Under the pieces are notes generated by a model. That model did not search any database. It saw nothing but the letters and a program-made list of their open reading frames with translations, and had not been told where the DNA came from. From Pseudomonadota bacterium (GTDB taxonomy: Bacteria > Myxococcota_A > UBA9042 > CAIXZC01), in contig JBDRIT010000025.1 of NCBI GenBank assembly GCA_043815665.1, positions 67,487 through 131,486 of the forward strand: a stretch of DNA of 64,000 bases, read 5' to 3'. A program made the translations under genes and the position numbers. Each line of letters starts with the position of its first letter. Position 1 is the first letter of the stretch. Below, piece after piece: positions 1 through 9,630 of the stretch.

Positions 1-766
1 AGAGCACCTTCGCTGCCTGGTCGGCCTGGCCGTTCCTGAGGTAGAGGGTCCCCAGGACGAGGCGCAGGCCCGAGTCCTCCGGGGCCTTCTTCATCAAGCC
101 CTCGTACAGCTCGATGGCCTCGTCCAGGCGGTTCAGCTTCTCATAGGCCTGGGCCAGGAGATCCCCGGCCTCCTGCACATCCGGTCGCAGTTCCACCGCG
201 CCCCTGAGGTGGGTCACCGCCTCCCCGGGCTGGCCTCGCTCCATGTAGACGAGGCCGAGGTTGTACCGGGCTTCGAAGAGCTCCGGGGCGACCCGGGCCG
301 CCTCCTTGAGGTACCTCAGCTCTTCGTCCTTCCGGCCCTCCTTGCCCGCGATCATCCCCATGAGGAAGAGGGCCTCCCCGTGGTCGGGCTTCATGTCCAG
401 GACCGCGCGCAGGTGCCCCTTCGCCTGGGCATCCCGGCCGGTCTCGTGGAACGCGACGGCCAGGTAGTACCGCACAGCGAGGAACTTCGGGTCCAGGGCC
501 GCCGCCTTCTCGAGGAAGGGGATCGAGTCTCCGTGCCGACCGAGACTCTGCTCGCACATCCCCAGGTAGAACCACGCCTCCAGGAAGCCGGGGGAGTCCT
601 TCGCCACCTGGTGAAAGAGCCCCCGGGCGGCCTGGATCCGATCTGCGTTGAAGTGGACGACCCCCTTCTCGAAGGAGGCCATCGCCTCCTCGGAGATTCG
701 GTCCTGCGCCACCGCACCGGAGCTCATGGAGAACAGAATCACGAGGATCAGGAGACCCCTCAGCAT
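1..766 (-). CDS. TPR-repeat protein with N-terminal signal peptide (3' end runs off window start)
   Basis: Minus-strand frame starting at ATG (complement of 764-766) reads MLRGLLILVILFSMSSGAVAQ..., followed by repeated ~34-aa TPR-like units (A..F..G..Y..A...F). GC3 is high. It is absent from the ORF track because no stop codon lies inside the window. Confidence 0.7.
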   Translation of the reverse strand, partial: MLRGLLILVILFSMSSGAVAQDRISEEAMASFEKGVVHFNADRIQAARGLFHQVAKDSPGFLEAWFYLGMCEQSLGRHGDSIPFLEKAAALDPKFLAVRYYLAVAFHETGRDAQAKGHLRAVLDMKPDHGEALFLMGMIAGKEGRKDEELRYLKEAARVAPELFEARYNLGLVYMERGQPGEAVTHLRGAVELRPDVQEAGDLLAQAYEKLNRLDEAIELYEGLMKKAPEDSGLRLVLGTLYLRNGQADQAAKVL

Positions 767-802
767 GCTATCTCGCCCCCATGCTGCCGCAGCCGCGTCA
801 CG

Positions 803-2005
803 TCAGCCCTCGGCCCAAAGCCTCGTTGACGAAACAGCTTCCCAGATGGTCGTCTTCCCCATGCCGCCGCCGACACAGAGGGACGCGAGGCCCTTGGAGA
901 CCCCGCGACGCTGCATCTCGTGCACCAGGGAGACGATGAGCCTCAGCCCCGTCGCGCCAACAGGATGGCCGAGGCCGACCCCGGAGCCGTTGACGTTGGT
1001 GATCCCACGATCCAGCTCCAGGAGCTTCTCGCATGCGATGTACTGCGCGGCGAAGGCCTCATTGACCTCGGCGAGGCCGATGTCGCCGAGGGTCAGACCG
1101 CCGCGCTCGAGGGCCTTGCGGGTCGCGGGGACCGGGCCGTAGCCCATGAGCTCGGGCTCCACCCCGGCGACCGCGTGGGACACGAGGCGCGCCATGGGCT
1201 TGAGGCCGTGGCGCTTCACCGCGTCCTCGGAGCAGATGATGGCCGCCGCGGCCCCGTCGTTGATGCCCGAGGAGTTGGCCGCGGTGACCGTGCCGTCCTT
1301 CTTGAACACCGGCCGCAGCTTCGCCAGGTCGTCCATGGTGATGTCGGCCCGGAAGTGCTCGTCGGTGTCGATGGTCCTCTCGCCCTTACGGGTCTTGAGC
1401 ACCACGGGCACGATCTCGTCTGCGAAGCGACCCTCCGCAGTGGCCCTGGCGGCGTTGTGGTTGGACCGCAGGGCGACCACGTCCTGCTCCTCCCGGGAGA
1501 TGTCGTACTTCTCCGCGAGGTTCTCCGCGGTGACGCCCATGATCGTCCCGGTGTTGGGATCGGTCAGCCCCTCCCAGAGGCAGTCGGTCATCTCCCCGTG
1601 CTGCATGCGCTTGCCCCAGCGGACGTCCTTGAGCATATAGGGGGTCTGGGACATGGCCTCGACGCCGCCCACGAGGATCATCTCCGCGCCGCCGGTCTGG
1701 ATCTGCTGGGCGGCGTAGACCACGGCCTGCATGCTCGAGGAGCACTGTCGTTGGATCGTGACCCCCGGGACGTGCCAGGGGATGCCGGCCTTGAGGAGGG
1801 TGACCCGGGCGATGTTGATGTCGTCGGAGCGCATGAAGCAGTTCCCGAAGATCACGTCCTCCAGATCCCCGGGATCGATGCCCGCCCGCTCGATGCACGC
1901 CTTCACGGGGTGGACCGCCAGGTCCGACCCCATCACGTCCTTGAACACCCCGCCGAAGCTCCCGATGGCCGTCCGGACCGGCGCTACGATGAACACATCC
2001 TTCAT
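803..2005 (-). CDS. acetyl-CoA C-acetyltransferase (thiolase II)
   Basis: 400-aa ORF with thiolase hallmarks: N-terminal VRTAIGSFGG, active-site Cys region, C-terminal GLASLCVGGGMG. A GGAGGTG RBS precedes the ATG. Confidence 0.93.
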   Translation of the reverse strand: MKDVFIVAPVRTAIGSFGGVFKDVMGSDLAVHPVKACIERAGIDPGDLEDVIFGNCFMRSDDINIARVTLLKAGIPWHVPGVTIQRQCSSSMQAVVYAAQQIQTGGAEMILVGGVEAMSQTPYMLKDVRWGKRMQHGEMTDCLWEGLTDPNTGTIMGVTAENLAEKYDISREEQDVVALRSNHNAARATAEGRFADEIVPVVLKTRKGERTIDTDEHFRADITMDDLAKLRPVFKKDGTVTAANSSGINDGAAAAIICSEDAVKRHGLKPMARLVSHAVAGVEPELMGYGPVPATRKALERGGLTLGDIGLAEVNEAFAAQYIACEKLLELDRGITNVNGSGVGLGHPVGATGLRLIVSLVHEMQRRGVSKGLASLCVGGGMGKTTIWEAVSSTRLWAEG

Positions 2006-2118
2006 GGCGTCACCTCCATATCTCAGACGAGGAACAACCTATCAGAAACCCAGGACCGAGTGTAGCGGTAACCTTGACGTGGGTCCCCGGCTCCATATGC
2101 TGACGGAGGAGGTCACCG

Positions 2119-2622
2119 ATGAAGCTCCTGGACCGACATACCCTGTTCAAGCGCGGCTTCGACGCGGTGCTGATCATCGCCGTCATCTACGCGCTCCTCC
2201 TCGCCACCGGGATCATCCGACGCGGCGGACGCTTCGAGGAGGGCCGTTCTGCGCCGGACTTCCAGGTGCAGAGCCTCCGGGACGGCAAGACCTACGGGCT
2301 GTCCGATTTCTCGGGCAAGACCCTCGTGATGACCTTCTTCTCCACCACCTGCCCCTCGTGCAAGCGGGAGCTCCCGGAGCTCCACGCGATGAAGGACGAA
2401 GTCGGGGACGAGGTGGAGTTCCTCATCGTCACCCACGACAACCCCCTGAAGGTCAGGGCCTACATGAAGTCCCAGGATCTCGACTTCCATGTCGCACACG
2501 ACAACGGCGGCACCCACGACGCCTACGCGGTGGACACCATCCCCTACAGCGTCGTCATCACCCCCGACGGAAGCATCAAGGCCGACGTGATCGGCGCGCT
2601 CCGGATGACCGACATCCTGTAG
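2119..2622 (+). CDS. TlpA/ResA-like thiol-disulfide oxidoreductase (thioredoxin fold, CPSC active site), membrane anchored
   Basis: 167 aa with an N-terminal TM segment. KTLVMTFFSTTCPSCKRELPEL matches the redoxin WCxxC region. A GGAGGAGG RBS precedes the ATG. Confidence 0.85.
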   Translation: MKLLDRHTLFKRGFDAVLIIAVIYALLLATGIIRRGGRFEEGRSAPDFQVQSLRDGKTYGLSDFSGKTLVMTFFSTTCPSCKRELPELHAMKDEVGDEVEFLIVTHDNPLKVRAYMKSQDLDFHVAHDNGGTHDAYAVDTIPYSVVITPDGSIKADVIGALRMTDIL

Positions 2623-2630
2623 AATGACCG

Positions 2631-3032
2631 ATGAGGCGCCCTGAAGGAATGCGGACCACTCTCCACCACAAGCGCCGAGTCCCATCGATCCTGCTCGTGG
2701 CCCTCCTGCTCTCCGCTTCGAGCGGGGCAGCGAAGGAGGAGCCCCGCGGAGGATCCCACGAGGCCCCGGAGCGCTGCGTTGCGGTCCTGGGGAATGCCCT
2801 CGAGGGAAGCGAAGCAGCCGGCGGCGAGGCGCGAGGGCCCCGGGGAGAGCGGCCTCGGCCTGTGCCCCTCGGGGGCCGCTGTGGAGTCCTCCCCGGAGGC
2901 CCAGCCGGGTCCCTGACCGCGTCTGCTGCGGCGCGGCGGGACGGGACCGCATCGAGCACCGGCCACCGTTGCCCCTGGGCGCGCCGCCTGGGCAACGCGA
3001 ACAAGGACCCCGATCCATTCCTCCTCTCCTGA
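2631..3032 (+). CDS. hypothetical secreted protein (weak call)
   Basis: 133-aa ORF with a signal-peptide-like SILLVALLLSASSGAA. No clear RBS, and overlapping antisense ORFs are common at this GC content. Confidence 0.25.
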   Translation: MRRPEGMRTTLHHKRRVPSILLVALLLSASSGAAKEEPRGGSHEAPERCVAVLGNALEGSEAAGGEARGPRGERPRPVPLGGRCGVLPGGPAGSLTASAAARRDGTASSTGHRCPWARRLGNANKDPDPFLLS

Positions 3033-3088
3033 GCACCGGCGTCAAGGCAAGAGTACTGGCTTCTGGTTTCCAATGGAGAGGTGAATCC

Positions 3089-3286
3089 ATGGACAGCGAT
3101 ACCAAGATGTACCTGGTGGTGGGCGGTCTGTTCCTGTTCTTCTGCGTCATCGTGCCGATCTTCATGTCCATCAGGAAGAAGTTCGAGGCGGGATCCCCAG
3201 AGGCCTCCGAGTCGGCGGAGGCGCCACCGCCCGCGCCCCGGCGGCCGCCGGAGCCCCGGGGGAAGGGCCAGCGTCGGGGCGCCTGA
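3089..3286 (+). CDS. small single-TM membrane protein
   Basis: GGAGAGG RBS 5 nt before the ATG. Reads MDSDTKMYLVVGGLFLFFCVIVPIFMSIRKKFE..., with a hydrophobic helix followed by a charged tail. GC3 is high. Confidence 0.45.
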   Translation: MDSDTKMYLVVGGLFLFFCVIVPIFMSIRKKFEAGSPEASESAEAPPPAPRRPPEPRGKGQRRGA

Positions 3287-3292
3287 GCGCCA

Positions 3293-5050
3293 TCACCGGC
3301 CGGTGCCCTCGCTCTCCTCCAGCCGGGTCCCCGTGAGGGGGCGGTAGCGGTTGATGGGGAGGATCTCATACCCCTCGAGGCGGCGGGACATCACGGCGAC
3401 GTTGTCCTCGTGCCACAGAGGCAGGAGCGGGAGCTCCGCGGCCAGGATCTCCTGGATGCGCCGGTAGTACCGGATCCGATCCTCCCGCGTCGGCGTGCGT
3501 CTCCCAAGGTCCAGCAGGCAGTCCACCTCGGGGTCCGTGAAGAAGCTCCGGTTCCCCGTGGTGAAGGGCAGGGTCCCCCCCGCGTCCACGATCCCGTGGT
3601 ACTCCCCGGCGCGGGCCTCCACCCACGGCACCCAGCGCTCCTCGCACTCTGCAGCGAAGGGTCCCTGAATGTCCTTGTATCCCGGCGGCAGGAAGCGCCG
3701 ATCCAGGCGGCCGTACTCCGTGTCCCCGATCCCCCCGGCCGGGACCGGGGTCCCCTGGGAGTGAAAGAGCCAGCGCAGGATGTCCGGGTCGATCACCTCG
3801 GGCACCTGGAGCACGTAGAGATCGAAGTTGCCCTGGCGGACGTCGGAGAGGAGGGTGGACAGCTCCGTGGGCACGGTCTCCACCTCCACCCCCACCGCGG
3901 CCAGCTGGTCCGCGAGGATCCGACCCACCGCGGTGCGGAACCTGTCCGTGGTGACCTTCAACGTAAGGGTCATGCGGATCCCTGTCTCCGGATCCCTGGG
4001 AATCCCGGCCTGGTCCAGGAGACGCTCGGCGCCTTCAACATCGTAGGGCGGCGGCTCGATGGCCCCGTGGAAGGCCCAGTGGAGGGGAGGCAGGATCCCC
4101 GCGGCCAGCCGGGCGCGCCCGTGGTACATGTGCGTAACGATCCCCCGCCGATCCAGGGCCAGCGCGAGGGCCTTTCGCACGTCCCGCCGGTCCAGGGGCG
4201 AGCGGGTGAGGTTCATGGCCATGTAGGTGGTGCAGGACGCCGGCCCGGCTTCGATGCGGAGCCCGGGCTCGTCCTGGAGGCTCCGGATCAGGGGAGGGGA
4301 GAGGTTGTTCACCGCGAGATCCGCGCTGCCGGCGAGGACCGAGAGCATCCGGGTCGCCTCGTCCCGGATCACCCGCGCCACGAGCCACCGTGCCGGCGGC
4401 TTGGGGCCGTGGTACTCCGGATTCCGCTCCAGGGTCACCTTCACGTCCCCGTACCGTGACTCGTATCGATAGGGCCCCGTTCCCACGTAGGCGGTCAGCC
4501 GCTGGGGCGGCTCCGTGCCCTCCAGGAGGTGGGCGGGCACCAGACCGATGGCGAGGTCCAGGGCGAAGAGCGCGTCCGGGTCCTTCAGCTCGAAGTGGAT
4601 CCGACGGTCTCCCTCGGCCCAGACCCGCGCAATCTTCTTCCTGAGATCTCCGGAGAAGGGGGACCCCAGGGAGGGGTCCAGGAGGGTCCTCCAGGTGTAC
4701 ACAGCGTCGTGCGCCCGCACCGGCACGCCGTCGTGCCAGAAGAGCCCCTCCCGGAGCGTCACGATCCAGTGGGTGCAGTCCCGAGGGCCCTCTTCGCAGG
4801 CCGGCTCCACGCTCTGCGCGAGGTCGGGTATCGGGGTGAGGTCCGGCGTCTCCACGGTGGTGAGGCCCGCGAAGATCAGCTTCGAGATCTTGGTGGAACT
4901 CGAGTCCGAGACGAAGCGCGGATCCAGATCCCGCGGGGGCGTCTCCAGGAGCAGGACGATCCGCTCCTCCCGCTCCCCAGGGTCCCTCGGCTCCGCCTGA
5001 CAGGCGACCAGGCAGAGGACCAGGAGGACGTGGAGGGACGACTTCGTCAC
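3293..5050 (-). CDS. ABC transporter substrate-binding lipoprotein, family 5 (peptide/nickel, DppA/OppA-like)
   Basis: C-terminal two thirds align to the SBP_bac_5 architecture. Probable GTG start gives VTKSSLHVLLVLCLVACQAEP, which has a lipobox. The longer ORF-track N-terminus is low-complexity Arg/Gly and is probably not translated. Confidence 0.8.
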   Translation of the reverse strand: MTKSSLHVLLVLCLVACQAEPRDPGEREERIVLLLETPPRDLDPRFVSDSSSTKISKLIFAGLTTVETPDLTPIPDLAQSVEPACEEGPRDCTHWIVTLREGLFWHDGVPVRAHDAVYTWRTLLDPSLGSPFSGDLRKKIARVWAEGDRRIHFELKDPDALFALDLAIGLVPAHLLEGTEPPQRLTAYVGTGPYRYESRYGDVKVTLERNPEYHGPKPPARWLVARVIRDEATRMLSVLAGSADLAVNNLSPPLIRSLQDEPGLRIEAGPASCTTYMAMNLTRSPLDRRDVRKALALALDRRGIVTHMYHGRARLAAGILPPLHWAFHGAIEPPPYDVEGAERLLDQAGIPRDPETGIRMTLTLKVTTDRFRTAVGRILADQLAAVGVEVETVPTELSTLLSDVRQGNFDLYVLQVPEVIDPDILRWLFHSQGTPVPAGGIGDTEYGRLDRRFLPPGYKDIQGPFAAECEERWVPWVEARAGEYHGIVDAGGTLPFTTGNRSFFTDPEVDCLLDLGRRTPTREDRIRYYRRIQEILAAELPLLPLWHEDNVAVMSRRLEGYEILPINRYRPLTGTRLEESEGTGR

Positions 5051-6552
5051 TAGAACGTGGCGTAGGTCTCTTGCTTGGCGAGCTCTTCGAGGAACGTCTC
5101 CAGATTCTCGGGGCTGGCGGCCATGGTGAGGTCCTTGATGCGGTCGAGGGTCTCGACGATCTCGGCGAAGATCACGGCCCGGTTGAGCATCTCGACGCTG
5201 TACTGTGCGTAGAGCTGGGCCACCATGGGCTCCATGACCGGTCGGATGTTGAGCTGGACCAGGTCGCCGAGGTTGGCGACCTTCTTGTCGCCGGTCTCGT
5301 CCAGGTACCGCTTGACCTTCACCTCGTGCCAGCGCTTGACCTCCTGCTCCGTGATCTTCAGGTGGACCTGCGGGGCGAGGACGAAGCCTTTGATCTCGGC
5401 TTCCTTGATGATGTCCGCGAGGATCTGCTCCACGACGTAGCTGTCGAACTGCTCCTCGCCCTCGGGGACCTCCTCGCACTTGGGCACCTTGATGTCCAGA
5501 TCCTGGCCGAACATCTCCTTGAAGGTCTGGTAGGTGAACTTGTCCTCGACCTTCTTCTTCTCCTCGGGCTCACCGCTCATCTCGACCAGCGCGCCCTTGA
5601 TGTCCTCCTGGCCTTCCTTCCGCGGGGCCCAGATGACCAGCTCCGTCTTGATGCCCGTGGGGGGCTCCGGGCTCCATTGGAATCCGTAGAGGAGGGTGAG
5701 GTTGTCCCGGAGGTCGTCCAGGGCCCGCCGCAGGCGGTTGGCCGCGGCCATGTAGTCTACGACCTTGTACGCGATCTCAGGGTGGAAGACCCGGTCCCCG
5801 AAGATCCCGTGAGGGGACATGTCCGCAACGCCGGTATCGACCTTCTCGAGCATCTTGATCAGCGGCTTCACGAGCTCGAGCTGCTTCTCCACCTTCTGGT
5901 ACTCGGCGAGCTGCGCCAGCATCGTGGGGTCGCCGGTCTCGAGGACCGGGATCAGGTTGCCCAGGGCGTTGATGTTGTCGTTGTACCAGACCAGGTATTC
6001 GTCCCGGAACTTCTGGATCGCCTCGACCCGGGCGGCGAGCTTCTGGCCCGTAGGATCGGTCTGGGGCTCGAAGAAGTAGGTCTTCAGGGTCTTCGCCTGG
6101 GTGACCCCGGCGTTGTGCAGGGAGCGGAGCCCGAGGTCACGACCGAACTGCATCCCGAGCCAGAGCGCTGCGCCAAATCCGATGATGGCGACGATGGACA
6201 CGACGAGGAACAGGCCCTTGGGCTTCGTGACCTTTCCGGTGTCGAGGTCATCCATGCTCACGGACTCCGTGACCTTCCCCCCGGCGCCGAAGTCCAGCTT
6301 GAAGTCGTCCGTGGAGATCTTCTGTGGATCAGCGCCGGAACCGGTGTCTTCTGTGGAAGGCCTCGTCTGGGCCCCGGTCTTCTTTGCGTCCTTCAGGCCC
6401 AGCCGGGCGCGCAAGGCGTCCAGATCCTTGCCTTTGTCCTTCGGCGTCTCCCCGCCCTCGATGCGCTCGTCGGTCTTGTCGTGGTCCACTCGGTCCTCCC
6501 GGGTTCCGCGGCCCAAGAAAGGGCACCAAAATTCGGAACTAGAGATTAACAC
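5050..6552 (-). CDS. hypothetical membrane-anchored protein (Lys-rich N-terminus, one TM, large exported domain)
   Basis: 500-aa ORF with high GC3. TM segment is LFLVVSIVAIIGFGAALWLGM. Start codon is uncertain: GTG at 6552 or internal ATGs. Confidence 0.6.
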   Translation of the reverse strand: MLISSSEFWCPFLGRGTREDRVDHDKTDERIEGGETPKDKGKDLDALRARLGLKDAKKTGAQTRPSTEDTGSGADPQKISTDDFKLDFGAGGKVTESVSMDDLDTGKVTKPKGLFLVVSIVAIIGFGAALWLGMQFGRDLGLRSLHNAGVTQAKTLKTYFFEPQTDPTGQKLAARVEAIQKFRDEYLVWYNDNINALGNLIPVLETGDPTMLAQLAEYQKVEKQLELVKPLIKMLEKVDTGVADMSPHGIFGDRVFHPEIAYKVVDYMAAANRLRRALDDLRDNLTLLYGFQWSPEPPTGIKTELVIWAPRKEGQEDIKGALVEMSGEPEEKKKVEDKFTYQTFKEMFGQDLDIKVPKCEEVPEGEEQFDSYVVEQILADIIKEAEIKGFVLAPQVHLKITEQEVKRWHEVKVKRYLDETGDKKVANLGDLVQLNIRPVMEPMVAQLYAQYSVEMLNRAVIFAEIVETLDRIKDLTMAASPENLETFLEELAKQETYATF

Positions 6553-6679
6553 CTACGGCCGCGGTGTCAAGCGCCTGGGCACGGGCGATGATTTGACTTC
6601 ATCGACGCGCGGAGGTCTCGATTCGGCCGTGGAGAAGACCTGCCCGAAATGCTTCGCCGGGGCTATCGTACTCGGCCCA

Positions 6680-6804
6680 CGTCATCCTGAGCAAACGAGT
6701 GAAACGAGTGCGTCGAAGGCCCCCCCCCGTTGGTGCGCAGAGCGATCTCTGCCGAGGAACCGGGAGGTCCTTCGACTCGGGCTACGCCCTCGCTCAGGAT
6801 GACG
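6680..6804. repeat. inverted-repeat-bounded intergenic element (13-bp perfect IR cgtcatcctgagc / gctcaggatgacg) containing a tandem aacgagtg x2 and a C9 homopolymer
   Basis: Arms at 6680-6692 and 6792-6804. ~125 nt. Lies between two co-directional minus-strand genes (terminator/promoter position). Confidence 0.35.
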
Positions 6805-6815
6805 GGAAGGCGTGG

Positions 6816-8036
6816 TTAGAACGTCAGGCCCAGGGTCACCCCACCGCCGTCGGGCAGGGCCATGGGCCGGATGCGGGTGGTCATGACCTCCGTGTCTGCG
6901 GGCGCGGAGGTCATGTCGATGATCAGGGTGACGAGGCCCGCGGTGGCGGCGGCGGCGCCGACGCCGTAGAGGACGTAGCCGGCGACGGCCTTCGGCAGGA
7001 CCGAGGAATCGAACTCGCTGTTGTACCGCTGCTGGTTCTCCACTGGCGCCGGATCGCCGGCGACGCCGTCGGGGTACTTCTTCTTCAGATCGTTGTTGTC
7101 CCTGGCGGCGATGCCGTGGAGCGCTGCGCCGGTGGCCACCATGGCCACGCCTCCGCCCAGGAGGGTCCACTTCCACCACTGGTTCCTGGCCGCCGGAGGC
7201 TTCCTCTCCGTCCCAGGATCGTCCACCAGGGGCTTCTTCACGGGGACCTCGGGGCGCTTGATCCGGGGCTCACGGGTGGTCGTACGACCGGCCAGTACCT
7301 CCACCTCGTCCTCCCAGGCCGGCAGCTCCGAGAGCGTCACCTTGATGTGGTACTTCCCGGACTTCATGCGCGCCTTGTAGGGGATCTTCCCGACCTCCTT
7401 GCCGCTCACGTAGACCTTCGCCCCCATCTCAGACCCCAGGATTGCGAGGACGCCGTCGGTCTCCTCCTCCAGGGTCACCGAGAGCCGCACCTCGCCCTTC
7501 TTGTCTGGCACGGAGATCGGCTTGACGGCTGCCTTGAAGCCTGGCTTGGAGAGGCGGATCTGGTGCTCGCCGGGCTCGAACCACCAGGTGAGCGGGCACT
7601 CGTGGATCGGCGCGCCCTCGTCCGTGGAGACCGCAACCATGGTGCCGAAGGGGATGCAGGTGATGGTCACGCGACGGAACTCGCCGAGGAGCTTCGCCTC
7701 GACCTCGTCCATCCAGCCCTCGGCCTTCTCGTTGTGGGGCCCGGAGATCCGGTACCGGCTCAGGTAGTACCACGCGTCGGGGTACCGCTCGAGCTTCTTG
7801 TAGGCCAGCCCCAGGTTCAGCTGCACCGCCGGGCGGTACTTGTCCGGGAGGGCCTCGTAGACCGAGATCCAGATCTCGACGGCCTTGGCGAGCTCACCAT
7901 TCTTGGCCAGCTTCGCGGCGTCGTTGAACTGCGCGACGGCCTCATCCTTGGTCTGGGCCATCGCATCCGGGGCGACCAGGCCCACGAGGAGACCAAAGAG
8001 GAGGGCGGCGAGGGTCAGCATCCGGGGTGCGCTCAT
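6816..8036 (-). CDS. secreted protein with TPR-like N-terminus, PEGA-like middle and C-terminal TM
   Basis: Signal peptide MSAPRMLTLAALLFGLLVGLVAPDAMAQ. Stretches such as KVYVSGKEVGKIPYKARMKSGKYHIKVT resemble PEGA domains. A C-terminal hydrophobic segment is present. Confidence 0.7.
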   Translation of the reverse strand: MSAPRMLTLAALLFGLLVGLVAPDAMAQTKDEAVAQFNDAAKLAKNGELAKAVEIWISVYEALPDKYRPAVQLNLGLAYKKLERYPDAWYYLSRYRISGPHNEKAEGWMDEVEAKLLGEFRRVTITCIPFGTMVAVSTDEGAPIHECPLTWWFEPGEHQIRLSKPGFKAAVKPISVPDKKGEVRLSVTLEEETDGVLAILGSEMGAKVYVSGKEVGKIPYKARMKSGKYHIKVTLSELPAWEDEVEVLAGRTTTREPRIKRPEVPVKKPLVDDPGTERKPPAARNQWWKWTLLGGGVAMVATGAALHGIAARDNNDLKKKYPDGVAGDPAPVENQQRYNSEFDSSVLPKAVAGYVLYGVGAAAATAGLVTLIIDMTSAPADTEVMTTRIRPMALPDGGGVTLGLTF

Positions 8037-8135
8037 GTCCGGGTCTTCCTCCGGTGAAGTTCCTGCGTCAATCTACCGCTTTTCCTTGGCACCTGCAATG
8101 TGTAACAATCAGACGGACACTGGAGGAGGTGTGAG

Positions 8136-8660
8136 ATGAAACGCATGGTGATGGCGCTCGTGGGTCTCCTGTTCGCCGGACCGGTGGCGGCGGAGGAAGC
8201 CAACTGCATGACCGACATGGTCACAGCCTTCGAGGGGGCCCTCATGGCAGGGAACCTCGACGGCATCATGGGGCTCTACGTGGACTCGAACGACGTCCTG
8301 GTGGTGGAGTCCACGGGGAAGGTCCGCCGGGGCCGGGAGGGCATCCGCGCGATGTACGGGGACGCCTTCGCCGAGGCGACCTGGACCAAGGCGGACTTCG
8401 AGCTGATCAAGACGGATCTGGGAGACGACGAGGGGTTCTGCTTCTTCCGGTTCGCCGCACGGGGAACCCTCAAGGGGGGAACCGACGAGTTCGCGCTCAA
8501 CGTGCAGGGCACCTGGCTGGTCCGGAACACGAAGACCGGTTGGAAGATCTTCCACGAGCACATGTCACCTACGGACGCGGTCCCGCGACTGGAGATCATC
8601 AAGACCGAGGCCGAAGCCGAGGCCGAAGCCGAACCGGAGAGTCCGTCGCCGCAGGACTGA
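8136..8660 (+). CDS. NTF2-like/SnoaL-like fold secreted protein
   Basis: Signal peptide MKRMVMALVGLLFAGPVAAEE followed by ~120 aa typical of NTF2-like (DUF4440-type) proteins. C-terminal (EA)n tail. Confidence 0.6.
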   Translation: MKRMVMALVGLLFAGPVAAEEANCMTDMVTAFEGALMAGNLDGIMGLYVDSNDVLVVESTGKVRRGREGIRAMYGDAFAEATWTKADFELIKTDLGDDEGFCFFRFAARGTLKGGTDEFALNVQGTWLVRNTKTGWKIFHEHMSPTDAVPRLEIIKTEAEAEAEAEPESPSPQD

Positions 8661-8687
8661 GCCTGAGGCAGGAGGCCGACGACGGAC

Positions 8688-8918
8688 CTAGTAAGGAACA
8701 GCCTCCACGGCGGTCACGTCCGGGACCTCCTCCATGACCTTGCGCTCGATGCCCATCTTCAGGGTGTACATCGCGCCCGGACAACCTGCGCAGGCGCCCT
8801 TGAGCTTGACCTTGACCACCTTCTCGTCGGTGATCTCGACGAACTCCAGATCCCCGCCGTCCATCTGCAGGAACGGGCGCAGGGTCTCGAGCACTGCCTT
8901 GACCTTGTCCTCCATCAT
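8688..8918 (-). CDS. NifU-like (NFU C-terminal domain) Fe-S cluster scaffold protein
   Basis: ...LKGACAGCPGAMYTLKMGIERKVMEEVPDV is the classic NFU CxxC motif. A GGAGGTGG RBS immediately precedes an ATGATG pair; either ATG may be the start. Confidence 0.8.
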   Translation of the reverse strand: MMEDKVKAVLETLRPFLQMDGGDLEFVEITDEKVVKVKLKGACAGCPGAMYTLKMGIERKVMEEVPDVTAVEAVPY

Positions 8919-9057
8919 CCACCTCCGGTTCGGGCGCCTTGTTCCGTGCGCCCATCGATGAGAGGGCACATCTTCACGGAAACGTCCCGTGTTTTCAAGC
9001 GCTCAATCGATGGACACCGCGCACCCTCCAGGCAAGGCGGGGGCGGAGCGGAGCAGC

Positions 9058-9564
9058 TCAGTCGTACTGGCAGGGAGAGGTATAGCCCTGAGGATCACAG
9101 GTCCCGTCAACCATGTACTTCCAGTCGTCGTTCTCCGTGAACGTGGAATCATAGCCGAAGGTACAGCAACTGCAGTAGGTCAGGTTGTCTCCGCCTGGGA
9201 CGCTCGGGGAGTCCATGCAGTTGCAGTAGTCATCATACTTCAGGTCGTTCCCCTTGCCCTCCAGGCAGGAACAGTACGTCTCGCTGCCGCTGCACACGAA
9301 GACCTCGACGTCGACGTCCGTCCCGCCGACGTCCTCCTCGACGACGGTGTCGGTGCCCCCGGTGGTGGCGTCCTTCTCCGCCTCGGGAGGGACGGCCGAA
9401 CCACCGGTGACCATCAGGCTCGGGTAGGCGTACCCGGGGCCGTAGGTGTTGTCGGCGATGGGCTCCGGATTGATGTCGTCCATGGCCCGGTCGCAGCCGG
9501 CGAGCACGAGGGCTCCGAAGAGGAGGCCGGTGGTGGTCACGAGGATCAGGGACAGGGTCTTCAT
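9058..9564 (-). CDS. Cys-rich lipoprotein
   Basis: MKTLSLILVTTTGLLFGALVLAGC lipobox. The mature part has 13 Cys in CSC/CNC/CSCC clusters. A GGGGGAA RBS precedes the ATG. It lies 54 nt downstream of, and co-directional with, the ECF sigma gene. Confidence 0.7.
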   Translation of the reverse strand: MKTLSLILVTTTGLLFGALVLAGCDRAMDDINPEPIADNTYGPGYAYPSLMVTGGSAVPPEAEKDATTGGTDTVVEEDVGGTDVDVEVFVCSGSETYCSCLEGKGNDLKYDDYCNCMDSPSVPGGDNLTYCSCCTFGYDSTFTENDDWKYMVDGTCDPQGYTSPCQYD

Positions 9565-9630
9565 GGGTTCCCCCACGCGCAGGTTGCATTACACGTCCAG
9601 TGGAGAGTGTAGGCTGCGCCGCTGGGGACG

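Noticed and set aside
2113-3369. Long antisense ORFs: 2113-3369(-), 3410-4459(+), 5071-6549(+), 6699-8057(+), 9697-10389(+), 13042-14886(-), 16159-17688(-), 18148-19986(-), 21636-23600(+) (5' part), 24484-25881(-), 26368-29358(+), 29712-31277(+), 31231-33369(+), 33993-35954(-), 36908-38815(+), 38991-41753(+), 42302-46984(-), 57880-60438(+), 60252-62588(+) and similar
   Set aside because: They are Arg/Gly/Pro-rich low-complexity translations lying opposite genes that have clear homology signatures, high GC3 and RBSs. These are a typical artefact of ~70% GC DNA.
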